Positions 56,926-64,000 of a DNA stretch of 64,000 nucleotides are shown here, piece after piece. The stretch is from Deltaproteobacteria bacterium. Lineage in GTDB: Bacteria > Myxococcota > Kuafuiibacteriia > Kuafuiibacteriales > Kuafuiibacteriaceae. The position numbers and the translations under genes were made by a program. The stretch's first letter is position 1; the number at the start of each line of letters is the position of its first letter. Under the pieces are notes generated by a model, which was not told the DNA's origin, searched no databases, and saw only the letters and a program-made list of their open reading frames with translations. The DNA lies in assembly GCA_040218735.1 (NCBI GenBank), contig JAVJQW010000023.1:480001-544000 (forward strand), read 5' to 3'.

Positions 56926-58895
56926 CGGCCGGCCTCACCGTCCGCCTCGTAGCGAATGTCGAACGTGTGATCGCCGCTCTCCGTAAGCGCCCCGGGTGCC
57001 AACAGGAGGTCGGCGCACGTGACGGGATCCTCGCCGTCGAATCGTAGCTCGACCTCACCGACGCGACGTACACCGCTCTGGCGCATGAGGCGGTGGAGCA
57101 CCAGCCCGTAGCGGATCGCTCCGCCGAACGGCCATCCGTCTCCTTCGCCGCCGGTGAGGGGATGGAAGTAGGTGTCGAGCGCTCGAGTCGCCTCGCTCCG
57201 AATCTGCGCGAAGTCCTCACCCTCTTCCGCGATGATCTCCGCGTGGACATGGACCTTCCGATAACAAGGCGGCACCACGAACAGCTCGGTCGTCGCCAAG
57301 CGTCGTTTGTCGAGATGCGCACAAATTCGCGCCAGACGATCGCGGCCGGGCAACGGAGCCGGCCCCTCGACGTCCGGAACGACGATCACGCTGATCACGC
57401 CCGGAACCTCGATGCCCGGGAACTTCGGATGCGCGAACGGCAACGCCTTGGCTCGGCGCGCACCCGCAGCGCGGGCGAGTAGCTCGAAGTCCTCGGCCGT
57501 CACCGCGCGCTCGCGGCTCTTCAGAAACTGCGGTGCCCGGTCGACGGCGTCGTCGATCGACTCCTCGTCCTGTCCTCCGTGGGCGGCAAAGAGGTTCGTC
57601 ACGCGCCCCGGGTCGACACCCGGCACGCTGGCGAGCACCGCATTGAGGCGCCCCGCGCCCACGTTCCCGCGAGCTCCACCACCGAAGCGGTAGGAACGAG
57701 CCACGATGCTCGACGTCGGGCGGCGGGGATTCGCGGAGGGGATGCGACCGCGCCGACCATCACCCGCGCGGATTCGGCCGGTCGCGGCGTCGACCGCGAC
57801 GTGTTCGTCGAGGGGCCCCGAACCCAGGAGGTCTTCTCGCACCGACCATCGAACGGCGGTCTCGTCTTCATAGACGTCGAGCTCCAGAGAGCCGGGGACG
57901 ATCGGAACGTTCCGAAGGTGCCACTCCTGATCCGGTCGCCCATCGCTCCCGGCGACGATCTCGTCACGGATCGTCTGCTCCTGAACGACGCGCACGGTGT
58001 TCGTGCGGACCGCGACGATCCGCGGAGACGCATCCAGCCCACTACGTTCGAGTCGCGCCCGAATCCAATGACGCTCTCGGTCGGTCGCCGAGCCCATTCG
58101 CGCCAACGCGATCTCCCCGGGCGCCGGTGCCCCGAGCCGCACGTGTCCAGACCGCGTGAGGCCCAGAGTCTCGTCCGCGCGCACCGCGAGCGGCTTCCAG
58201 AGCCGACCGTTCCAGTACTCCCAGGCCAGCGCCGTCGTGGCCGTCGGGCCCCGCCGGGATCCACAAGGCTCCGCCTCCACTGCGAGCTCCTCACCGGCGA
58301 GGAAGAAGGCCAGGTCGAGCTCGACCTGCGGGAAGGGGGCCGGTGTAGAGCTCGGGTCGCGGAAACCCAGGTACAGGGCGTTGCCTTCGACGGGCCTGCG
58401 CCCAAAAGCGTCGAAACCCACCGTCGCCTCGGCGTTCACCAGGCTCTCGTCGAGATCGCCTGTTTCGATACGCACCAGCACGGATTCGAGCGTCATTCGG
58501 AGCGCGGTCAGGGACCGTTGCGTCTCGAAGATGATGGGCCCCTCGTCATCGGCATCCTGCGCCGCGACCTGCGTGGCGATGGGAATGTCGACGATGGGTT
58601 CAGCGTAGGCCGGGAGCACGCCGAAGGTGACCTCCGAGGTCGCGGGACGCGCTGGCTCGAGCTCGATTCCGACCATCTCCAGAAATGCGAGATAATTGCG
58701 CTCCGGGATTCGGTTCATCCGGAACACCATCATCTCGGTCATCCAGGAGAACAGTTGGATGAGCGTGATGCCGGGATCACTCTCGTTGCGGTCTGTCCAC
58801 TCGGGCGCGTACCGCTGAATTCGACGCAGCGCTTCTTCGACGATGTCGTCGTAAGTACGGTCGTCGAGACGCGGGATGTGATCGGAGAGTGGCAC
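56922..58895 (-). CDS. Baseplate assembly protein J-like (Afp11/gp6-like)
   Basis: Motifs PRLDDRTYDDIV..APEWTD.N.SDPGITL, GGGARGNV, GGQDEES and RAVTAEDFE. Confidence 0.92.
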   Translation of the reverse strand: MPLSDHIPRLDDRTYDDIVEEALRRIQRYAPEWTDRNESDPGITLIQLFSWMTEMMVFRMNRIPERNYLAFLEMVGIELEPARPATSEVTFGVLPAYAEPIVDIPIATQVAAQDADDEGPIIFETQRSLTALRMTLESVLVRIETGDLDESLVNAEATVGFDAFGRRPVEGNALYLGFRDPSSTPAPFPQVELDLAFFLAGEELAVEAEPCGSRRGPTATTALAWEYWNGRLWKPLAVRADETLGLTRSGHVRLGAPAPGEIALARMGSATDRERHWIRARLERSGLDASPRIVAVRTNTVRVVQEQTIRDEIVAGSDGRPDQEWHLRNVPIVPGSLELDVYEDETAVRWSVREDLLGSGPLDEHVAVDAATGRIRAGDGRRGRIPSANPRRPTSSIVARSYRFGGGARGNVGAGRLNAVLASVPGVDPGRVTNLFAAHGGQDEESIDDAVDRAPQFLKSRERAVTAEDFELLARAAGARRAKALPFAHPKFPGIEVPGVISVIVVPDVEGPAPLPGRDRLARICAHLDKRRLATTELFVVPPCYRKVHVHAEIIAEEGEDFAQIRSEATRALDTYFHPLTGGEGDGWPFGGAIRYGLVLHRLMRQSGVRRVGEVELRFDGEDPVTCADLLLAPGALTESGDHTFDIRYEADGEAGR

Positions 58896-58899
58896 GACG

Positions 58900-59298
58900 T
58901 CAGGTCCCTTCCGTGAGGTAGAAGGGGTGGACGAGGTTCTTGACCGTGTTCGTCGAACGAACGCGGTAGTCCACGCGGATCAACAGGACGTTTGATTCCT
59001 CCGGCACACTCTCCACACGAACGCTCAAGATGTCGGCGCGAGGTTCGAACGACACGAGGGCCCTCCGGACTTCGTCGGTGACGATGCTGCGCGTCTGCGC
59101 ATTGTTGGGCGCAAAGAGCAGGTCATGGATCCCACAACCGAACTCGGGATTCATCATGCGCTCCCCTTTCGCCGTGGAGAGAATGATGAAGATCGACTCC
59201 TCGACCTTCGCCTCCTGACGTTCGGTGGCGATCCCACCGCGACGGTCGACCTGCAGAGGGAACTTCCAGCCGCTCCCGAGATGTTCACGCGAACCCAC
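58900..59298 (-). CDS. GPW/gp25 family baseplate protein (Afp9-like)
   Basis: Motif LGSGWKFP..ILSTAKGERMMNPEFGC..FEPR..NLVHPFYL. Confidence 0.95.
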   Translation of the reverse strand: MGSREHLGSGWKFPLQVDRRGGIATERQEAKVEESIFIILSTAKGERMMNPEFGCGIHDLLFAPNNAQTRSIVTDEVRRALVSFEPRADILSVRVESVPEESNVLLIRVDYRVRSTNTVKNLVHPFYLTEGT

Positions 59299-59299
59299 G

Positions 59300-60043
59300 T
59301 CAACCTCCCAGCGCCGCGGCTGCGGCGCTCATCCCTTCCGAAGCGGTGCGCAACGCGTCCACGAGCTCCTCGAGGGCTTCGACCGAATCCGTATCGCCAA
59401 CCTCCGGCAAACCAGGAGCCTCGGCGCCGATCAAGGCGATCATGGGTTGCAGCAAACCCATGATTCCCTCGAGCGGAGCCAATAGACCGACCGAATAACT
59501 CATCGACGTCTGCATGTTCTGACGCGCATCATCGAGGATCTTCTGAAGCGCCGGATTCCCCTCTGCCGCCTCCATCGACGCCTGGATGTGCTTCATGGAC
59601 GCCACCACGTTCTCGAGTTGCTCGACGACGGCCCCGAGGAGCTTCGCCACCAACGCGAGGCAGTCGCGCACCATGGGGAGAATCGAGGCCTGGGGAATCG
59701 CGAGAGGAACGAGCTTCGTGACGTTCTTGATGAAACGCTCGATCGCCTCCGGTGGAGGGAACGGAAGCCCTGAGACGATCTCCTGTAGGGCCTTGAACGT
59801 GTCGATGATCGTGATGATCGGATCCAGCGCCGCCAGCAGTGGCCCCATCTGCCCGAGGAGGTTCATCAGCGTGGCGGTGTCGTCCGCCGCACCCCCAGAG
59901 AAGTCTGGGATGCCCTTGAGCACGGCTCCGCCCGGCAGCGTCACCTGAACGGAGCCCACGGGGGGTAGCGCGAGCTGCGCCAGGTCGGGCGCCTCGAGAG
60001 CACTCGCGAGCGAGGCAGGAAGATCGATGTCGATATTCGCCAC
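59300..60043 (-). CDS. Hypothetical alpha-helical protein at the position usually taken by PAAR
   Basis: GGAG RBS, tightly packed in the operon, amphipathic and hydrophobic helices, no PAAR motif. Confidence 0.7.
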   Translation of the reverse strand: MANIDIDLPASLASALEAPDLAQLALPPVGSVQVTLPGGAVLKGIPDFSGGAADDTATLMNLLGQMGPLLAALDPIITIIDTFKALQEIVSGLPFPPPEAIERFIKNVTKLVPLAIPQASILPMVRDCLALVAKLLGAVVEQLENVVASMKHIQASMEAAEGNPALQKILDDARQNMQTSMSYSVGLLAPLEGIMGLLQPMIALIGAEAPGLPEVGDTDSVEALEELVDALRTASEGMSAAAAALGG

Positions 60044-60052
60044 GGTGCTCCC

Positions 60053-60571
60053 TCAGATCGGCCTTCCGTTGGGTAGAACCGTCCGCGTCGTACCCATCGC
60101 CTTGATCACCACCTGTGAGCCCGAGAGCTCGAGCACGCCCGGGGTCTGGATCGAAATCTTGCCGTTCGACATCGCGATGACGTTGTGATGAGCGTCCTCG
60201 ATGATGAGGGCGCCCGAGTCCCCGTCGACCTCGGTGGAATCGACGAAGCGAATCGTGTGTCCGTTCCGCGACCTGATCATGCGCTGGCGGACGTCACGAC
60301 TCGGCGTGTCGTGCTGCCCGTTCCACATGAAGCCCACGACGTAGGGGTGTGCGAAGTCTCCGTGCTCGAAGGCGAGCAGTACCTCGTCGTCACGCTCCGG
60401 CATGAAGAACAAGCCGCTGTCGCCGCCGGCCATCGGCGCCGCAACCGATGCCCAGTGGCTCTCGGCAGTGGAATCCATCCAAGGATAGCGAACCTGAATC
60501 CGACCTCGGCTCTCCGGGTCCTCGACGTTGGTCACCGTGCCGATGACGACTCCGCTGAATCGTGTGCTCAT
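60053..60571 (-). CDS. Baseplate assembly protein V / gp5 OB-fold spike (C-terminal half of a split VgrG)
   Basis: Motif GVVIGTVTNVEDPESRGRIQVRYPW..WA..AGG..G.FFMPE.DDEVL.AFEHGD..PYVVG..WN. Confidence 0.92.
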   Translation of the reverse strand: MSTRFSGVVIGTVTNVEDPESRGRIQVRYPWMDSTAESHWASVAAPMAGGDSGLFFMPERDDEVLLAFEHGDFAHPYVVGFMWNGQHDTPSRDVRQRMIRSRNGHTIRFVDSTEVDGDSGALIIEDAHHNVIAMSNGKISIQTPGVLELSGSQVVIKAMGTTRTVLPNGRPI

Positions 60572-61776
60572 CCGGCGCGCCCCTCCTCCTGGTCCTCTCG
60601 GCGAGCCTCGAAGCGCGTCGTATAACCTCCGCTCGGATCGAATCGGTGCTCGCTACTCTTGATGAAATACGTCCCCGAGAAGCGACCACCCACGCCGACG
60701 ATCTGCACACGCCGACCCGCGCGCAGGCGCGGCAATCCGACGGTCGACGCCGAAGCGGTCACCATCTCCCGGTTTCGATCGAGGAGGAGGTTGGTTGCGC
60801 GACGCCGGGCCTCGGCTCGACTGAACACCGGTTCGTGAACCACCTGCTCCTCGCGGGGGTCGCAGTCCATCAGCACCTCATGAAGGTCGCGGTTGATTCG
60901 GATCCGTCGGTCGTCGAGTGAGACCGTCTCCGAGATCTCCCGCTGCCGTCGTCGGTCCCACCCGCGTACCGTGACGGAGCGAACCTGGTTGGCGGTGGTC
61001 AGACTCGGCTTGAAGTCGACGAGTGACTCGCCCCAGGCCAATTCGTAGGTGATGGGTTCCTCGCGGTTCTCGGACGGGCCGAAGTAGAGACGCTGCGGCG
61101 TACCGCGCTCCGCATCCGCTTCCTCGAGGTAGACGACGTAGCCGCGACGACGCGCCCGCGTGAGCAGGAAGTCGATGTCGTACTGATTGTCCTGAACGAC
61201 GTACTCGAGCTCCTCTTCGTCGCGCATCGCGGACTCGTCGATGCGGATCGGAATGGGAAAGCGTCGCTCACGTCGGTCGCGCAGCGTCGCGATGTTTCGT
61301 GCAATCCAGCTATCCTTCTTCGCGGTCCAAGCGGTGGTGTACTGACGCCGTCGAAGTCGATGCAGGGCGTTGAGCCCTCGCACCGTGAGGGTCGGCGCCC
61401 CAGACGAGGGGAACGACGGTTCGAGCGTCGTGAACGTCCCCGAGAGCATCCGAACGAGTTGCCCGGCGTAACCCAGCCAAAGGTCGACCGTCTTGTTGCA
61501 GGGATCGAACAGCTCGAAGCGTGCACGTTCGGCGGCCCCGAGAGACGAACGATCGCGCGGCTCGCTACCGATGTACTTGAACTGATTGAGTCGGTCGTCC
61601 CAGTTGTTCACCGTGAGGTCGAAGCTGTCGATCTCCTCGATGCTGTCGCGATACGTGACGCTGATGACGTCCCGGAGCACATCACTGGGGAGCCCGGCGC
61701 CTTCGATTCGAACCTCGAAGGCAGGAACGTAGAACCCACCCAGTTCGGGTGAGCGTTCGGCGAGTGTCACACTCAT
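60568..61776 (-). CDS. Phage late control D / gp27-like hub protein (N-terminal half of a split VgrG)
   Basis: Motifs VQDNQYDIDFL..RARRRGY, L.WGESL.DF.P, V.VRGWD and G.P.LRAG..G.G.RFSG.Y. Confidence 0.9.
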   Translation of the reverse strand: MSVTLAERSPELGGFYVPAFEVRIEGAGLPSDVLRDVISVTYRDSIEEIDSFDLTVNNWDDRLNQFKYIGSEPRDRSSLGAAERARFELFDPCNKTVDLWLGYAGQLVRMLSGTFTTLEPSFPSSGAPTLTVRGLNALHRLRRRQYTTAWTAKKDSWIARNIATLRDRRERRFPIPIRIDESAMRDEEELEYVVQDNQYDIDFLLTRARRRGYVVYLEEADAERGTPQRLYFGPSENREEPITYELAWGESLVDFKPSLTTANQVRSVTVRGWDRRRQREISETVSLDDRRIRINRDLHEVLMDCDPREEQVVHEPVFSRAEARRRATNLLLDRNREMVTASASTVGLPRLRAGRRVQIVGVGGRFSGTYFIKSSEHRFDPSGGYTTRFEARREDQEEGRAG

Positions 61777-62498
61777 CGGCGCCCTCCTCCCCGTCGACCG
61801 CTCGGATCCAGCCGCGGAACGCGAAGCACCGCGCCAACTTCGAGGCGGCGTGGATCGTCGATCCCGTTCTCGATGGCGACCTCGCGCCACTTCGAAGTCC
61901 GACCGTAGTAGCGGTGCGAGATACTCGACAGCCGTTCCCCCGCGCCAACGACGTGAGCGTGGGTCTTGTCCGGTGAGCTCAAACGAAGCTCCGCGAGCTG
62001 CTGTTCGAGCGGACGGTACTCACGCAAGGTGAGGTTGATGCGCGCCCGCAGTGGGACGCCCTCGGGGCTGAACAACGTGAAGCGCTGCGAGAGGCTCTCG
62101 ACGACGCCCGTGAAGTTGTGGCGCGCCTGGTTACCCGATCGCTCGGAGAGGTGGTCACCGGCGAAGTGTGCGTTCCAGATGAACGTGACGATGGGCGGCG
62201 CGTGACGCTCCGGATCGATCTTCGCCAACTCGTAGATTCGGTCCGTCTCCTCGGTCACGGAGCGCGCTCCCCGGCCCGTGCCCTCCTCCGTGGTGTCGAA
62301 GAACAGCTCGACGGTCAGCTTCTCCGCTTGTCCCCGGACGAACTGCTGAAGCGGCGCGTCGATCCCGGGGATCGTGATCTCCGCGAGTTGGACGCTCTTC
62401 TCGAGCGACAGCTCCGTGGGGTTGTACTGCACGGGATAGTTGGTCGTCGCTCCCGACGCCCAACTGGCCCGCAGAACCGCCTTCATCGGCTGCGTCAC
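61773..62498 (-). CDS. CIS tube initiator/LysM protein (Afp7-like)
   Basis: Motifs VQYNPTELS, LFFDT, HAPP.V.F.W and LFSPEGVPLRA. C-terminal LysM (GERLSSIS..YG..WR.VA..NGIDDP). Confidence 0.9.
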   Translation of the reverse strand: MTQPMKAVLRASWASGATTNYPVQYNPTELSLEKSVQLAEITIPGIDAPLQQFVRGQAEKLTVELFFDTTEEGTGRGARSVTEETDRIYELAKIDPERHAPPIVTFIWNAHFAGDHLSERSGNQARHNFTGVVESLSQRFTLFSPEGVPLRARINLTLREYRPLEQQLAELRLSSPDKTHAHVVGAGERLSSISHRYYGRTSKWREVAIENGIDDPRRLEVGAVLRVPRLDPSGRRGGGRR

Positions 62499-62698
62499 GA
62501 GCGACCCCCCCGGTTTCCGCCACCGTGTCCACGGGTGTCGAGGTCTCGTGCGAGACGTCGTTCCTGGAGGTCGCGATCTTCGATCGTCTGCAGCACCGCC
62601 TCGACGAGGTGACGAATGGTCTCCTCGGAGAGGCCGCGACGGCCGTCGAGCGCGCGCACCCGACTGACGATCTCATGGACGTCGACACGGGTCCTCAC
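62495..62698 (-). CDS. Small eCIS-associated hypothetical protein (67 aa)
   Basis: GTGA overlaps with both neighbours. Occupies the small-gene slot between the tube and LysM genes. Confidence 0.6.
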   Translation of the reverse strand: MRTRVDVHEIVSRVRALDGRRGLSEETIRHLVEAVLQTIEDRDLQERRLARDLDTRGHGGGNRGGRS

Positions 62699-63201
62699 GA
62701 CGTGACCCCCGGGAGCGTGTAGAGCCCTTCGTGAGTGATCTCGATACTCTCGATGGCGACCTGAGATTGCGCAGCGTTGAGCGATGGTCCCGACCATCGA
62801 CGCGGCAACCCACGACGAAACGTCCAGGCGGTGTGAGCTCGGCCGTCCGCGTCCCGCAGCGTGATGACACCGTTCTTTCGACGGCCTCTCCCCTCGACGA
62901 ATCCCTGAAACCAGTCGACGAGGTCACGGTTGGTCGCAATGCCCCGCTTCAGCGTGATCGGGTTCCATTGCACGCGCGTCGGGAACTGCAAAACCGTCCC
63001 GTTCCGCCCCCCCTCTTGGTACTCCTCGAGGTCGAGCGTCATCTCCAGGCCGGTGCACTCCGAGAACCCCGCGCTTGCGCCACCGAGCAGCGCCCCCACC
63101 GAGATCGTCGCGATGCCGCTCCCCGCTGCTGCGGGTGAATCGAGCAGTGTCACCGCGAAGTTGAATCCGGCCACCGGATCGTTGCGCCTTCCGACGGTCA
63201 T
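62695..63201 (-). CDS. Tail tube protein (T4 gp19-like, Afp1/5-like)
   Basis: Motif DPVAGFNF..AGFSECTGL..Y.EGG.N..ITLKRG..WSGPSLNA..VAIESIEITHEGL. Confidence 0.95.
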   Translation of the reverse strand: MTVGRRNDPVAGFNFAVTLLDSPAAAGSGIATISVGALLGGASAGFSECTGLEMTLDLEEYQEGGRNGTVLQFPTRVQWNPITLKRGIATNRDLVDWFQGFVEGRGRRKNGVITLRDADGRAHTAWTFRRGLPRRWSGPSLNAAQSQVAIESIEITHEGLYTLPGVTS

Positions 63202-64000
63202 GCGAAACCTCCGTTTGATTCGCGCTGCTCGGTGATTTCCAGGAGATCGAACGCTCGACCCACGCGAACGACGACCAACTCAGCGGTCATCGTGGGACGA
63301 AACTGCACGCGACAGATGAGCTCACCACGGTCACGTGCCGCGGCGGGCATCGTCTCTTCGTCGCACTTCACGTCGAACGCGGTGTCTGACGTCTCACCGT
63401 CGAACGCACCGCGCTCCCACAACGAGGTCAGGTACGCGCTGACGACGTGGCGTACCTGGCGCCAGGTGTCCGAATGACTCGGCTCGAACGTCGCCCACCG
63501 GGTCAGCGGGTCGAGCGCCCGACGCAGAAGAACGATCAGACGCCGAACGGGCAGCGACCGGTGACGCGGGTCGCTGCTCAGGGTGCGCGCACCCAACACG
63601 CGAACCCCACGGCCCGGCTGAACCCGAATGACGTTGATGCCCTCCGAGTTCAGGAGGCCGTGCTCGGTATCCGCGACTTCGACCGAGGCCCCGATCGTCC
63701 CTTCGAGCCTCAGGTTCGCGGGGGCGCGGTGAGGCCCGGTCTCGAGATCCACCGACGCGATCTGACCAGCGACATGACCGCACGGAGGAATCGGGCGCGA
63801 CGGACGTGTGCCGCTGCGGTCGACGACGTCGAGCCACGGGAAATAGAGCGCCGCCAGGTCCGAGTCGAAGGACCGGCGCCACGCCCGCGCCCCGTCGATG
63901 GCACCCGCGGGCGCCAGCGCGACGCTGATCGGCACGTCGAGAATCGCGATGCGATCCCGACGGCGCTCACAGGACGCGACGAGTACCGTTTGTGCGGTTC
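63198..64000 (-). CDS. Tail sheath protein, C-terminal part (5'-partial)
   Basis: Motifs AALYFPWL, PPCGHVAG, HRAPAN, LNSEGINVIR..GARTLS, VRRL, FEP, W.RGAF.G..AF.VKCD and P...AE. Frame continues past the window end. Confidence 0.93.
   Translation of the reverse strand, partial: TAQTVLVASCERRRDRIAILDVPISVALAPAGAIDGARAWRRSFDSDLAALYFPWLDVVDRSGTRPSRPIPPCGHVAGQIASVDLETGPHRAPANLRLEGTIGASVEVADTEHGLLNSEGINVIRVQPGRGVRVLGARTLSSDPRHRSLPVRRLIVLLRRALDPLTRWATFEPSHSDTWRQVRHVVSAYLTSLWERGAFDGETSDTAFDVKCDEETMPAAARDRGELICRVQFRPTMTAELVVVRVGRAFDLLEITEQRESNGGFA

Larger units (their letters stand above)
44091..64000 (-). other. Extracellular contractile injection system (eCIS) structural operon, truncated by the window end
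   Basis: Fifteen co-oriented, mostly coupled genes in Afp/PVC-like order, with no capsid, terminase or T6SS membrane-complex genes in view. Confidence 0.92.

Noticed and set aside
44091-64000. Prophage or T6SS interpretation of the tail genes
   Set aside because: No capsid, portal, terminase or integrase, and no TssJLM/TssK/ClpV in view. The LysM hub, Afp15-like ATPase and DUF4157 fit an eCIS.

Overview
A high-GC window that looks like Myxococcota (myxobacteria-like). This is inferred from the Cys-rich lipoproteins, PEGA/TPR proteins, Ser/Thr kinase and caspase-family protease. The left part (1-32 kb) is cell-surface signalling. It holds an ECF sigma/anti-sigma/orthocaspase cassette flanked by two beta-helix lipoproteins that share a near-identical 40-bp upstream motif, a probable ECF promoter. 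A second ECF sigma, preceded by a sigma54-type site, leads a cluster of Cys-rich and c-type-heme surface lipoproteins and a Ser/Thr kinase. An orphan IucA/IucC-like enzyme, an M12 protease and an outer-membrane barrel follow. The right part (32-64 kb) is an extracellular contractile injection system (eCIS) island. A minus-strand structural operon runs off the right edge: sheath, tube, LysM hub, split gpD/gpV spike with no recognisable PAAR, gp25, baseplate, three paralogous fibre-like proteins, tape measure and AAA ATPase. It converges on a plus-strand cassette encoding a receiver-less sigma54 activator, a second Afp15-like AAA ATPase, a 1634-aa DUF4157 effector with a C-terminal PD-(D/E)xK nuclease-like domain, and a candidate immunity gene. 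Two leaderless acidic Cys-His hydrolases lie divergent from this cassette. No rRNA, tRNA, CRISPR array or transposase was recognised. All family calls come from motifs read by eye, not from database searches.
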